A DNA stretch of 64,000 nt from Eledone cirrhosa (lineage: Eukaryota): NCBI GenBank assembly GCA_964016885.1, contig OZ024740.1:150164001-150228000 (forward strand). The letters are read 5' to 3'. Below are positions 1 through 13,302 of this stretch, piece by piece (the stretch's first letter is position 1; the number at the start of each line of letters is the position of its first letter). Below the pieces are notes generated by a model. The model was not told where the DNA came from and ran no database searches. It saw only the letters and a list, made by a program, of their open reading frames with translations. A program made the translations under genes and the position numbers.

Positions 1-2480
1 TTGTGGGCATGCTCACGTGTGTTAGACACATGGAAATCAAAAAGGTACTCAGGGTTGTTGTTGGCAAGATGGTTAATAATTTTGTGGGTGTTTGCCAAGT
101 CAGTTGCCAGGTGTTGGAGCTTCAATGTATCCATGCCCAGGGAAGCAAGGCGTTCAGAGTATGGTAGATGCCTGATGGAGGGTATTCGCTTGGTTGCACG
201 TCTCTGAACAGTTTCCAGGCAGTCAATGTTCTGAGCAAGATAGGGGTTCCAGACTGGTGATGCAAATTCTAAGTGTGGCCGCACCATAGCCATGTACAGC
301 CTTAAATAGATAGCTGGAGAGCGGCTGATAAAGATCTTGCTGAGCGCTGCTAAGACACCCTCGGCCCTCTTGACAATTTTAGAGACGTGCTTCGCCCAAC
401 GCAAATCGCTGCTGACCGTAATGTCCAGGTCACGTTCACAAGAAGACTTCTTGATATTAGTGCTGTGGAGGGAGTATGTGGACGCTGGGTTTTTACTCCC
501 AAAATGCATGGTGGTGGACTTGTCCACAGCTAGCTCGAGTTGCCAGTTTGAGATCCATTGTTGCATTGTGTCCAGGTCAGACTGCAAGCAAGATCTATAG
601 TGTTCAGGATCTGTCCTTTATATCTCAAGGTACAGCTTGATGTCATCTGCGTACTTTAGTACTGTGGCATTCTTTAAGTTGGCATCTATGTCATTAATAT
701 ATGCCACAAACAAAAGGGGGCCAAGAACAGATCCCTGTGGTACACCAGATGACATCTCATATGGTGAGGAATGCTGTCCCAGAACCGTGAGTACCTCTCT
801 TCGACTGAGAATGAAGGACTTCAACCAGTTAAAAAGATCATCCTTCACACCCATTGCAGAGTTTTGCCATAAGCCTTTTGTGTGGCACAGAATTGAAAGC
901 TTTCGCAAAGTCAAAGTAAACAACATCCACCCATGAGCCGCCATCAGTGAAACTCGACAAGTTGATCACAACAGTTGGAGTTAAGGATAAATCCAAATTG
1001 CGAGGGCCGGATAAGACTGTGAGAGTTCCAGAAGTTCCAAAGTGTTTCTCTGACACAGGATGCCATCAGTTTGGCAACGCAGCTAGTAAGACTGACTGGA
1101 TGACAGTTCACAAAGGATGTGCAGTCACCCTTTTTGAAAAGAGGAATGACACTAGCAGCTTTCCACTGTTCTGGAGTAGCACCGTTGTTCAGACAGAATT
1201 GGAAGAAGCGTGATACTGGTGCAAGAGGTAGTACCCATCACGTTTGAGAAGCAGGTACGTAACACCATCAAGACCAGGAGAGGCATGGTTGCGTTTATTT
1301 TTTTAGGTGAGCACGCAGCATTGCAGGTGTAAATTCCATGGTTGTAATAGAATCTGGTGACAGTGGTGGTGGAGATGGTACACTCTGGTCTTCAATAATG
1401 AAAATGCCTGCATAGCATTCAGCAATGAATGAGCTCTGCACATTCCTTGGGGTCGTCAGTAATCTGGCTTGTGAAGAGGACCAACTGGAGAGTGAGGCCT
1501 CTGCTTTGAGAACATACTTCCAGAACACCTTTCTGTCAGAGCTGGTTGCTATGCGCTGCTCAAATTGAAGCACTGCTTTTTTTGTCACCTGTTTGAGGTG
1601 GTTGGATGATTTATTTCGCCTCTTCCTATTGATGTCTGATTTGTGCAGTTTGTACTCACGTTCAGCATTACAACGTTCTTTTCTGGCAAGACAGACTGCT
1701 GCAGTCTCCCAAATTGCACTTTTAGGATGTTTTTTCCACTTACGTGGCACCGATGCTGCACATATTGAGCTCAGGATGTTCTGGAGTACAGTGTTGACAT
1801 CTCCAGAGTCGTAGAACACAAGCCAGTTTGGTCGTTGCAACTCGGTGCAGTAACAGTTCTAGTCTGCTTTATTCCAGTCAAAGTGAGCAGTTTGGAGATG
1901 GTCGTGGTTCTTGTTACTGCCCATGAGGGATAGATTGGCAATGATCATGGTCAGCAGTAACACTAATGACCGTTTCAGGAGTAGTGGTGAAGAGTAGGTC
2001 CAAAGTGTTGTCACCTCTTGTTGGGGAGGTGACTATTTGGGACCAATTCGAGTCCAGCACTAGCTCAAGGAAGTCATTTGCACTTGGCGGCCAACGAAAG
2101 GTTTCCCAGTCAATCTCAGGGTGATTGAAGTCTCCTGCAATAAAAACATAAGTGGCTGTTCTCCTGGCAGCAGCTCTAAGGATATCCCAAAGTTCAGTGT
2201 CCTGATGGTAATTTGGGGGACGGTAAACAACTCCAAGTAGCAGTGTTGACATGGTCATACGTATATCGCAGAAAAAAAACTTCCTGCTGATTGGTTCAAA
2301 TCAACACAAGGCCAACAAATCTGACCGAATGTAGACCATTATACCACCACGATTAATGCAGTCTTTATGAAACAGGTTGTAGCCAGTTATGTTGAAAACC
2401 CCATCACAGAGTAAGGGATGTGCCCAAGTTTCCGTGACTGTAATGAAGATGAATTGCTTTACACTATAATTGGGGATCAT
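1..2480 (-). mobile_element. Degenerate CR1/Jockey-group LINE (APE endonuclease + RT), runs off the left edge
   Basis: ORF fragments: VVYRPP..AGDFNHPEIDW..NTLDLLFT (APE); SGVPQGSVLGPLLF..YINDI..KYADDIKLY (RT); many frameshifts. Confidence 0.88.
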
Positions 2481-2724
2481 TCCTACAACTGAACTCTTAA
2501 GAAAATAGGAACAGCGCAGTTTCCTGTTCTTCAGGCAGGCAAAAGCTATGGGGTTAAATACTACTATGTGGTACCAAACAAAACCTATTGAGTGAAATTC
2601 AGTAGACAATAACTACATGAAAGTTATATAACATCCTAACAAAGATGAAAAGTGTCAGTCACCCTTTAACAGAATGGTAACTGACTAACAGGGTATTCAA
2701 AAGTTATCTTGCCTAAGTGCAAAG

Positions 2725-3086
2725 CGAAACCTAGTCAGTAGGCACCTCTTACCAAAATACACCCCCGTCCCACTACCCCCACCCCATCCACACCACCCCT
2801 TTCGATGTAAAGTTATGTTGGTACCACAACATCCAGTCCTAAATAAATGGTCATGTAGGTGTCACGACAAAAAAACAGCCCACGCTGTAATGTGGCCGTG
2901 TAGGTAACACGGTAAAAACCTCCCAGTCCACACTGTAAACGTGGTTGGTGTTAGGAAGGGTATCCAGCCATAGAAAACCCGCCAGACAGTCCTATACGAG
3001 CAAGACAACCAATCTTGCCTCAAGTGGGAAAATTCCCGTGCAAACCCATGCTAGCATGGAAGATGAACGTTAAACGATGATGATGA
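2725..3086 (+). mobile_element. RTE LINE 3' UTR fragment with (GAT)n tail
   Basis: Matches the 3' UTR of the copies at 18788-19140 (reverse complement) and 61660-62203; ends aacgttaaacgatgatgatgat. Confidence 0.85.
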
Positions 3087-3509
3087 TATCTTAGGTGCCC
3101 CTGCCTACTTTTTCCCATCTCTAAGCGTAATTTACTCAATTTTCTTTATACTGATCAACTGTTATTAGTTATTTTCTGCATTTAGGGTTCACATTTTCAA
3201 ATGTATATATTTTAATATATATCTAATTTGTTTTTCTTGTCTTCCATTACTTAACACAAGTTTGTATAAAAGAAAACAAAATTTAGAGCCTTCTTTCAAG
3301 AATGGCTCCTCAATATATCTTGATGCCTCAAACAAAACCTTGTAGTATTTGATTACAACTTTTTACAGCCACATCAACTTTGCCTTTCCTTCTTACAAGA
3401 TAGATAAAACAATATTACTAGCCATTATAATAGGCTAAAATTCTTGACAGTAATGCCACAACATAACCACAGTCCAATGACTGAAACCAGTAAAATAAGG
3501 GGTTAAAGT

Positions 3510-4175
3510 ATAATAATAATGAAAATAGTGTACAGTGCTCAGGTGCACTACAACTCATCAAAAGTGTATGTATAGTACATATGGTAATGTACAAACGTCA
3601 GGAAAATGAACAGTGTACGAGTCATGATATACACATGTGTGCATGTGTATGGAAGGGGGACATCAGGTGTAGTTTTGGCGAATTTCGGGAAGCATGAGGG
3701 TTTTAAAGGATGCAGTGTCTCGGCAGCTAACAACTGACACAGAGTTGCTGAAGCAAACTGCCTAAGTGTTAAAAAATGTTTCCGAAAGTCATGGGAGCTG
3801 TGCTGTTTTGACTTTGTAGGGATGTCCACGTGTGTTAGACACATGGAGATCAAAAAGGTGCTCAGGGTTGTTGTTGGCAAGATGGTTAATGATTTTGTGG
3901 GTGTTTACGAAGTCCATTGCCAGATGTCAGCTTCAATGAATCCATGCCCAGGGAAGCAAGGCGTTCAGAGTATGTTAGGTGTCTGATGGAGGGTATGCGC
4001 TTGGTTGCACGTCTCTGAACAGTTTCCAAGAGGTCAATGTTCTGAGCAAGATAGGGGTTCCAGACTGATGATGTGAATTCCAAGTGTGGTCGTACCATAG
4101 CTGTATAGAGCTTTAAATAGATGGCTGGAGAGCGGCTAACAAAGGTCTTGCTGAGTGATGCCAAGACACCCTCGG
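3510..4175 (-). mobile_element. 5'-truncated CR1-like LINE 3' end, same family as 1-2480
   Basis: 3826-4170 closely repeats 13-362; VRPHLEF..VWNPYL..LETVQRRATKRIP; (ATT)n tail. Confidence 0.88.
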
Positions 4176-5102
4176 TTAATAGCCCAGCTCCTTGATCTTG
4201 ACCATTTACTTTTAACAAAATTAATAACCAACATCAATAACTAAATCTAATTGGATTAAAAGAAGAAAACAATTTGATAATTTTATATGAAACCAGTATT
4301 TTAATCATCTTATTTTGTATTGGACTATTAGCTAGTCGGGCAAACATAAAATTCATTGTAGATATTTAGTTTGTTTTTTTTTTTAATCCGAGATAGATGT
4401 TCCGAGATAAAACAATTTATATTACATCACTTCTATAATCTTGTTCAGTAGATGTCACCAAAATACTACAGGTTAGATTTTAAGAGCCTGTACTAAGCTC
4501 TGGTGTCAGTGTTCAGCAAATTAATAATATATGACCTGATTAAAATGCCCATTTACCATAGGTAACATTTCCAGATCTGGTATCAATTCCTGACAGAATA
4601 GTAAACTAAAGCATGTAAAATAAAACTATGATGAGCAGATTTTTATCATAAACCCAGGGTGGTTTCAAGCAGATTGATATCAAATGGGATAATTGGTTAG
4701 ACGGCAGAGTCTTGCTGGATGTGTAGCCTTTGTTACAATACAGAGATGTTCTGGCATCATAGCAGGAATTTGACAACTTTTTATTTATCAAATCCAATTG
4801 TATTTTATGTCCGATTCCCCCCCCCCCCCCCCCATTTTAAGTCAAATCCTTTCATTTTAGTCAACAAACCCTTAAAATAAACCAAATCTTTTAAACAGTC
4901 TTAAAGCCCAATATTTTTTTTAGAAGTGAAGATACAGGATGTAACTTTTAACCCCTTTTCAAAATAATTAAAAATCTTCAATGTTTTAAAATCATCTTGC
5001 AAACTTGGTTCACAAAGCCGTTATTCTTTTCAAAGCGCACTATTCTCTAAATGAAAAATGGAAGTTAATTTTTGGAAATATTTTAGAATATTCTTTACAT
5101 AC

Positions 5103-5294
5103 CCAAAAGCTTCACATCGCTTTTTATAGACTTCTACATCATGTTGTAAGGGTGTAGGGGCACTCTGACCTAGTCGGTTGACATCCAGAATGACAACCAA
5201 GTTGTCAAGTTTGTAATAGCTAGCAAATGCCATGGCTTCCCAAATAGAACCTTCTGCACTTTCACCATCTCCAACCAAACAGTAGACACGATAA
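5103..5294 (-). CDS. TKT: Transketolase coding exon 5 ([20 protein letters not shown]...KKRCEAF-G); gene continues left of the window
   Basis: Within ORF 5030..5347; GDG...N thiamine-diphosphate-binding motif; acceptor TTTGTAG|T, donor GG|GTATGT. Confidence 0.96.
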
Positions 5295-5599
5295 CTACAA
5301 ATACAAAAATATAAAGTTTTATAACCAATATAGCCAATACAATTCATTCACATTGAATGAAAACTGAAAATATTTGCATATTGATAAAAAAAAATTTTGA
5401 AATACAAGAGGAAAATATTAAAATAGTTGTGTAAGAATTTTGGCTCGCTTTCACTGCTTAGCCTTTGAGCAATAGTTTCTTATTGAAATTTTTGGTTGAC
5501 CAAGATCGACCAAGATCTTAGGGATGAAATGTGGCACATGAAATGCGTGTAATCTCAGTGAGGAGTAGCAGATAGCTTCCCTTTATACTCTTGTTACGT

Positions 5600-7228
5600 C
5601 CCCTTACATCCAGTAAAATATGTATATTACTTCCCTTAGTATTTGACGTTTCGTTTTGTTTTCACAATAACTACCTCCCTAAGTGAGAATCGATCATTTT
5701 TAACATGACCATACCAAAAATGTTCTCAGTTTATAAATCATTAAGATAAAAGCATGACATTTTCAGAGAAGATTCCAAACTGAATTTTCAAAAGGTTATT
5801 GCAAAATACTTCGTGATATTTACAGATACTTACAAATATCGGGGACTGTCTGGCCGTTGAGGTGCCCCCAGGCGTACTCAGACCCCATACTACTGAGTTC
5901 TTCCGCAAGATCAGAATGCCAGCAGCCCATCTGAGGTGGGGTGGTTGTTGCAGACCATTGTCCGTGGAAATACTTTTGCGGTCCTAGAGCCCGTCACCCT
6001 CCCCTTCACATTCTTCTGTGACCCCAGAGCCCTTGTATTTGATATAGTAAAATGTAAGCAAAAGCATGAAAAAGAATAATTTTCTGTATCAACATATACT
6101 AGCTTTAAGGGAAATGTTCCAGGTAATAGGGGTTTGGAACAGTTATGACAGATTTACCTTGCATTGCTGACAGCCTGTTTTTTGGTTTCCTTATATTTTG
6201 TTTAGGACACAGCTTGCAAGTTCTTTTTCCCTAAGTCTATAGGTCAGAACTTGGAGAACTAAGCCATTTTCCTTTTATAGAAACACTCCAATATGTTAAT
6301 GGGCCTGGTTCATTCTGAAACCCAGCTGGGTACATTTTCTTCCCTAGTCTCCATTCATGTACTCCATATAGTCTTTTACTGACCTTGGACATGGCACAAT
6401 GTATGTCCTCCAGTCTGTTTTTTCTGGACACTTTAATTGGGAGTGGAATTTGTGTTCAGCAGTCTACTTATGCCAGGCTGTTGCCACCATGTTCTCTTTT
6501 AGACTATATTGTGTCACCTTGTTGCTTCAATTTTGCCGAGGTAACAACTTTTGGTAAGTCTTCCCTATTTTTTTCTTATTGTGCCACAAGTATAGGTGCC
6601 ATTTTAAAAAAAGTTCCTGAAAGAGTTCAGAGGAAAAAGAATTATCACAATACACGTGATTTTAACCCCCATAGGTTCTTTGTGAGGTCTTTCACAACTC
6701 TTTCTCCAAGTCCTTGTTCCGTTTGATTTGGGAATTTCCCTGGAAACATTTACATAGCCATTGTGTAGATCAGCCCTCATCCACACTTTTATCCCATGCT
6801 TTGTAAGCTTCAGTGAAGCAACCATGCCTTCATCAGTCAATGCTTCACAATGTGAACTGTACTGTGACTTCAAGTTCCCACGCATACTTTCAATAAACAG
6901 CTGAACATGGGCAAGGTAGTCATGGGCAAGGTAGTCATGGCCATGGTGGCCGCATGTATTCTGGGTGACATCTAAAATATGGAAAAATTGGTTTAGTTTG
7001 TCCAGTCTGTCCCTTGTAATCAATTCCCGGATCCCTGCCGACCAAAATAAGTTATCTTTTAAAAAATACATGTCCTGATTAGGGACAGAAAAATCTCCCA
7101 TCAACATCTGAAACAATATAGGCCCTCATTTCCGAAGCAGTTGGGCTATTTCTGATCAGTGCTTTTCGTTTCAGCATTATCTGTTTGTTTCAACAACTAG
7201 CTAATCACAAATTCTCATTAAATATTTG

Positions 7229-7262
<34 letters not shown>

Positions 7263-7370
7263 AGTTTTTTCTTCTCAGCATCCAAAATATTTACGAATGT
7301 GACATGTAAACAAACAACATATGGCATGCTTTGACATATTAATGTCCTGACTACTGTCGTAAGTAAGGGA
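5600..7370 (-). mobile_element. Degenerate piggyBac (PGBD4-like) transposon
   Basis: ORF 6604..7116 has transposase-like ITRDR..FFH, DEGMV, KHGIKVWMRAD..NGYV; ends approximate. Confidence 0.75.
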
Positions 7371-7449
7371 ACAAACAGTTAAAATATAAAATAGCATTAT
7401 ATGGGTGTAGTCTAACTAGTAATTTTGCACAGAGCTAATAAGCTCTGAA

Positions 7450-7647
7450 CAAGGCATGGCAACATTTTTCGAGAAGCGGGCCGCATGAGATATGGCTCAT
7501 CGGGCGAGCCGCAAGCGCTAATTTACATTCGTGACCGCATTTTAAAAAAAGGGGGGTAACTCAGGTTGTTATGATTTGTTTCTTCAGAATTCGTACATGT
7601 TTTCCTTGATCGTAAAAATGATAAAGAAATTACAACTGAAAAGTTGG

Positions 7648-7680
<33 letters not shown>

Positions 7681-7752
7681 AGAAAGATTTCACTTAGTTG
7701 ACTTAAGCGAGCCATTCAGAAAGCTTCGTGGGCCGCAGGTTGCCCATGACTG
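7450..7752. mobile_element. hAT-type MITE
   Basis: Imperfect TIRs caaggcatggcaac / gttgcccatgactg and subterminal gggccgca motifs; no clean TSD. Confidence 0.6.
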
Positions 7753-7981
7753 CATTAAACAGTAGTCAGAAGTTGAAAGTGTTAACAGATGAGTTCAAGA
7801 TAAAGCCGTCCTTAAGAACTGCATTAAATGAATTGTTTAGCTCTGGTTTGCACTGATCAAAAGAATTTGTCATAACATTTCCATCTTAGTTTATCAAAGA
7901 CTTGCTCTGTCAAACGCCCTTTGCCTAGAAGCTCCACTAGTGCTTGTATAATCCATTAAGTACGAGACTCAAAATATGTAC

Positions 7982-8168
7982 TAACCCTTTCACTACCATA
8001 TTTATAATGAAACACTATTTGAATTAATGAAGAATTTGGAAGGCTTTACTCAAATATTTCGTTAAGATGGTATTTTTAATATAATTCAACAAAAGATTCT
8101 TAAATAGGAACCCCATAAAATGGACTTTTCTGTTTCACAGACCAAGAGGTGATTTTTGGAAGGGTTAA
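7982..8168. mobile_element. piggyBac-type MITE
   Basis: Ends taaccctttc ... gaagggttaa, resembling the TIR of the element at 25445-28038. Confidence 0.6.
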
Positions 8169-8215
8169 TGGTTAAATAAAATTGCTGCATCAAAAGAAGA
8201 AGACATGTCACTTAC

Positions 8216-8313
8216 TCAGCTTTGTCAAAATATTTGCCAGTATATGCCATCCCAGCAGCAATACTCAAACCCTGTCCAAGAGAGCCTGTTCCAACATCAA
8301 TAAAGTTCAGGCG
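8216..8313 (-). CDS. TKT: Transketolase coding exon 4 ([33 protein letters not shown])
   Basis: Hand translation; acceptor TTTCAG|CGC, donor GA|GTAAGT; TGSLGQG motif. Confidence 0.96.
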
Positions 8314-9076
8314 CTGAAACATAAAAAGTAAAAATACTCAAACACCGAAGTACTATGTTATGTTGTCAGACAATGTAATGTAAATGAGAAGCTGACAGCT
8401 GTATAAAGAAAGAAAAATCTCAGTGGATGGGTCTGGTGGAAGAGGTAGATTTAGGATGAAGTAATGAAAGCCAACCTTAAGCTGGTGAATCACAATAGAG
8501 AGGATAAAGGACCGTGAGAGTTGGCAACCTGTGGTACTGGAGAATATTCAGCATAAAAAATGTGGATATGACCCGACTAATTCATGCCACCCTCCTCCAT
8601 CACTCATTAGTAATCATTCTTACTAGCACTACTCCCTACCCAATACCACTTTATCTAGGATCACCCCACACCTTTTAAATGCTACCTAATGCAGTGGTAA
8701 GTAGGTGATATTTAGCCATACAGTGAAAAAGGTTTCAGTCTTATTATACCTCTTCAGCAAAGGGTAGTCTCACTGTTACTCCAAATGTGTATAGGATTTT
8801 TGTGAATAAAGAAGTAACAGTATAATTGGAAGGTCTAATTATTTCATATTGATGAAGCAAATATTTTCTAATAGCAGCTTATATTTTTGTAAAATTAGAT
8901 TAAGCATTCAATTTTAGAAATTAAAGTTCTATACCAACAATGAAAAGTGGTGTAGCAAATTAGTTATCTGGAACACTAAGTTCTTGTAAGTATGGCAGAA
9001 TGTTTGCTACCAAATTATAAATACATGACTGAGAAGTCAGTTAATAAAAAAAAGTCAAGATTCAATCAATGGTAAT

Positions 9077-9215
9077 AATTGTTTCTACTTTTGGCACAAG
9101 GCCAACAATTACTCAGTACATTACTGGTACTTTATTTTATTGACCCCGTAAGGATGAAAGGCAAAGTTAACCTCGGCAGGATTTGAACTCAGAAAGGCAA
9201 GGGCCGTAACATTAT
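9077..9215 (-). mobile_element. tRNA-derived SINE family A, 5'-truncated
   Basis: aattgtttctacttttggcacaaggcc...gatttgaactcag; recurs many times in the window. Confidence 0.85.
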
Positions 9216-9324
9216 GCGTCAATTGGTTTTATATAACTAGTTTTAACAATACATAACAGATTCTTACATAAGTATAGACATTATTTAGAAGAGGGAAATA
9301 AGAAATAATATTCATACTATTCTG

Positions 9325-9540
9325 GGTGGTGCATTGGCAGTATCGATAGAGCGTTGGACAATATGCTTTATTGCATAGAGTTACGGCCCTTTACGATCTG
9401 AGTTCAAATCCTGCCGAAATTAGCTTTGCCTTTCATCCTTACAAGGTTGATAAAATAAAGCACCAGTAATACACGGGGTTGACTTAATCGATTTCTCCTC
9501 CCCAAAAGTTGTTGGCTTTGTGCCAAAATCAGAAACCAAT
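9325..9540 (+). mobile_element. tRNA-derived SINE family A, near full length
   Basis: A-box-like tggcagtatcg, B-box gagttcaaatcc, 3' end gtgccaaaatcagaaacc. Confidence 0.85.
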
Positions 9541-9774
9541 ATTCATAATAGTCTAAAATTAAAACCAACTATCAAAATGATTCAGCAGAAAGTATTTAAA
9601 ATTGGGTTGGCTGATTCAAATATTTACAGTATTTAAAGTAAGTTTATTAGTAAACATCACTGTGAAAATTTGCAGAGTTAAGGCTAATGTTGAATGTGAT
9701 CCAGTCATTTTGTTTTATACTTTTCACAAATGTCATGCAAATTGAATAATGCTTATCAAATGAACATAACTTAC

Positions 9775-9888
9775 CGGTGTGGGGTGGCCTTCCAGATCAC
9801 TTGTAATTTTACGCAGATTCAACAAATCCTCAACAGGGTAAAGTCCAGCCTCTGCCCAAGCAGCATACAAAATAGGAGCAGCATGACC
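9775..9888 (-). CDS. TKT: Transketolase coding exon 3 ([38 protein letters not shown])
   Basis: Hand translation; acceptor TTTAG|GGT, donor CCG|GTAAGT; GHAAP and LEGHP motifs. Confidence 0.96.
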
Positions 9889-9988
9889 CTAAAGAAAAAA
9901 AAAAACTTGAATACGCACTTACAGAACAATTGACGTCAGTTGAAATAACCATTAAAAAATGAACAGATACAGTAATAATTAGAACATG

Positions 9989-10036
<48 letters not shown>

Positions 10037-10135
10037 CTAGATAGAAAAAACTATTTACTACTTCTAGTAAACATCCTGAGCACACGAGTGAGTTTATTTA
10101 AAGAGTAACTTACTGTTAATTACTCTTGTACATGT

Positions 10136-10470
10136 GAAGGCGCATGGCTTAGTGGTTAGAGTATTGAGCTTGCAATCGTAAGGTTGTGAGTTCAATTTTC
10201 AGACCGAGTAATACATTGTTTCCTTGAGCAAGACTTTATTTCATGTTGCTCTAGTTTATTCAGCTGTAGAAATGAGTTGTGACGTCACTGGAAGCAAGCT
10301 GTATCAGCCATTGCCTTTCCATTGGACATCATTGGTGGCGTGGATGGGTAAAGCTGATATGCAAGGGCAACTGCTGGTTTTCCACAAACAACCTTGCCCA
10401 GACTTGTGCCTCAGAGGGAAAATTTATAGGCGCAAATCCCATGGTCATTCGTGACCAAAGGAAGTCTTTA
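10136..10470 (+). mobile_element. tRNA-derived SINE family B
   Basis: Head ggcgcatggcttagtggttaga...gagttcaatt, core gtttccttgagcaagac...cagctgtagaaatgag. Confidence 0.8.
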
Positions 10471-10559
10471 CTTTTTCTTTTACTCTTGTACACCTGTCAC
10501 ATATGAAGTCTAGCTTCCCTGTCTGCCTATTCATGATCCCACTACACCTCGTGTGTGTA

Positions 10560-10970
10560 CTCTACACTAAGGGCCCATTGTATGGAGTTTCTACATACTA
10601 AGTACAGCCATTTCCCAGGTGGTAACAGAGTCCTATCCACTTTCCTACGTTTTCTTTGAGGTCCATTGACACTTGATTTTTTTTTCTATATGTGGAACTT
10701 CTCTAATTCTCTACAGTTTCTGCTACAAGTTAGATCATCAGCATACAGGATTTCCCATAGACAACCCATCTTGAATTAATCTGTTATGACCTGAAGGACT
10801 ATCATCAGGAGTGTGCTGAAAACTGAGCTCTGATGGACACCCAACTGCTTGCTAAATTCAGCTCTTTATTCATTGCTAACTCTCAACTTGCTGATTGTGT
10901 TGCTGTACATCACTTGTATGGCCTTCACAAGCCATTTATCTATCCCTAGCTTCTTGAGTGACCACCAAAT
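10560..10970 (-). mobile_element. Old RTE RT fragment
   Basis: Similar to 19900-20340 of the intact RTE (caagccatttatc, tgatggacacccaac, tcccatagacaaccc). Confidence 0.65.
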
Positions 10971-11900
10971 GAATGATAGCTAAGTATTTTAAGTAATATA
11001 TGTGTGTGATTATCAATGAATCTTCCCTACTAAATATAATATACTAAGACCAAAATAATATCCACATCAACCGCAATTTTGTATACTGTCCAAAACGTTT
11101 TTATTAACCGTTCTTGTAGCGTTTAAAATCTAGAAACAAGGGAAGATAACTTCTAGAGGGAGTTTTGCCTACTCTTGGGTCCCAAATAGTGGGGGAGGGG
11201 TTAGGATAAGGACAGTTTAGTTTGATGTAGAACTATTTGAAAATATGATTATTAATTGAATAACTTTGTGAAAAGTAACTTTTGAATTCATCCTAGTAAA
11301 TAGAGTTGATCAGCATGGTAGAATGACTAAGAGGTACTGTTTTTGTTTCTATTGCTACTGCAACCTATCTGCTCTTCTAAACAAGCCAGTGGCATATTCC
11401 ATTTATACTAAATATACATATGGTAGGGTTTCACATGTGAAATAATATAGAGTTGAAAAACTTTGATCTATTAAACTTATACCAAGTAGTAGTACTCTGG
11501 TCTTGAATAATCATCCCTTCCACCCGCTTATTTAATTTTGTTAATCTATCTCAAGCGAAATTCTATTTTAAGTCGTAGCATTTCTGCTACAATTTTCTTT
11601 ATACATTAAAAAAACATTCATGACAAAAAAGTATATTACTAGAAATCCCATACATTATAAAATAAATAGGATGGGTTGGGGGTGTCAATATGTAAACTAA
11701 ACGATTAATTCTGGTTAAGAAAAATCAAGAGACAACCCAAAAAAATTTACCGATGATCTAACTTGTAGAAGAAACTAGAGAATTAGAGAAGTTCCCATAG
11801 AAAAAGTTATGAACTTCACTCAAAACTCACTAAAATACTCAATCCTTTTAGTACTAAACAGATATAATCTATAGTTAAAACTAAAAGGAATTTTATTTAC

Positions 11901-12018
11901 CTTTGAGAGAATAAATCGATCATTTGAAGCTCCTCGTGGTTTAGTGATGTCATACTTCATAGTATGGAAGAACAAAACAGACATAATTTCTGCTGCTGAA
12001 CAGCATGATGTCGGATGG
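11901..12018 (-). CDS. TKT: Transketolase coding exon 2 ([39 protein letters not shown])
   Basis: Within ORF 11820..12032; acceptor TTTTTAG|C, donor AAG|GTAAAT; HPTS and NDRF(I/V)LSK motifs. Confidence 0.96.
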
Positions 12019-13183
12019 CTAAAAAGAGACAAAAATATCTTTAATGTTATGAAACAAAAAAAAAAAAAAAAAAAAAAAATTAGTATAAAAGAATAGGCAA
12101 TTTAATTTGGATGATGACATTTAGTAAAGGAGTGCCATGAATTCCAAGTGCATGGAAGCTACAGTAGATGCTATGGGCAGAAGTGATGAAAACTGATTCC
12201 AGGATGTTGAAGCTCACAAAGGAACACAAAAGGTGGTGAGACTAATCCAATCCATGCAAGCATGGAAAATATATGCAAAAATAGTAATAATTGTTTCTAC
12301 TTTAGGCACAAGGCCAGCAATTACCCAGTGCATTACTGGTACTTTATTAGTAATAATGAAAATGATTCTGGATGAAGAGGCAAATATTTAAAGCAATTCC
12401 AAAAGAACTGGTAATAGCTTGGATCAATTATAACAGCAAAAGTAGTTTTAAAAAATCATTTGATCTATATACAAAAGAGATGAGTATAAGAATGTATGAT
12501 ATAATGAAAGACAACTTTTAATTTGTAGATAGTGGATTGGTAGAATTAAGTGTTGGGTAAAATGCCATTGTGGTATTTGTTCTGGCTCTACATTCTGAGT
12601 TCAAATCCTGCCAACACCAAATTTGACTTTCATCCTTCCAGGTCAATAATGCACAAGTCAGCTGCAGGGTTTGATTCAATCAACTTTGCTGTCTTTGTAC
12701 CTAAATTAGAAATCTCAGAATTCTTTGAGATCTGTAGGCCTCTCCAAACTGAATAAAGACTATGGATTAAATTTAGCTTGAAATTCTATTCATGTTTTTT
12801 GAAAACATAGTCAAAGAAAGAAACAGATGTATTGAATGTGTTTGAATGGAGGTAGTTCCAAGCTTATTGTTATATCAAAAGGAAAATAAATTATATTTAA
12901 TGTTATATTATCAACACACGTGTACAAGGGTTCACAATTCTGCAGCACTACCTCTCACACACGTCAATAACTTATTTGTCACCATCTCCAACACTGCTGA
13001 CTCCTGTGTAGCGGATACTATTCTACATTCTTCCTTAACCTCCCCCAAAATCTGCACAGATTTTATGAACAGAGACCTCATAAACAACCTTCACTGGAAC
13101 CATCCCAATCATTTCCCCTTCAACACCGCAAAGACAATCACAGACACAAAAATCATCTCACTCACTCAAACAAAATTGATAGA

Positions 13184-13302
13184 GACAACTAGAACTCACA
13201 CAAACACTAACCCTTTCAATACCATATTTCTATTGAAATACTTTATAATTCAATAGAAATACGCTAATGAAAGGGTTATAGTTTGTGCAAGTTCTAGTTG
13301 TC
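13184..13302. repeat. ~54-bp-arm inverted repeat with a piggyBac-MITE-like core
   Basis: gacaactagaact...taaccctttca...atttctattgaa / ttcaatagaaat...tgaaagggtta...agttctagttgtc. Confidence 0.85.

Noticed and set aside
2600-5100. TKT exon 6
   Set aside because: No VDGH..KT.KG-encoding segment found; it is presumably left of the window.
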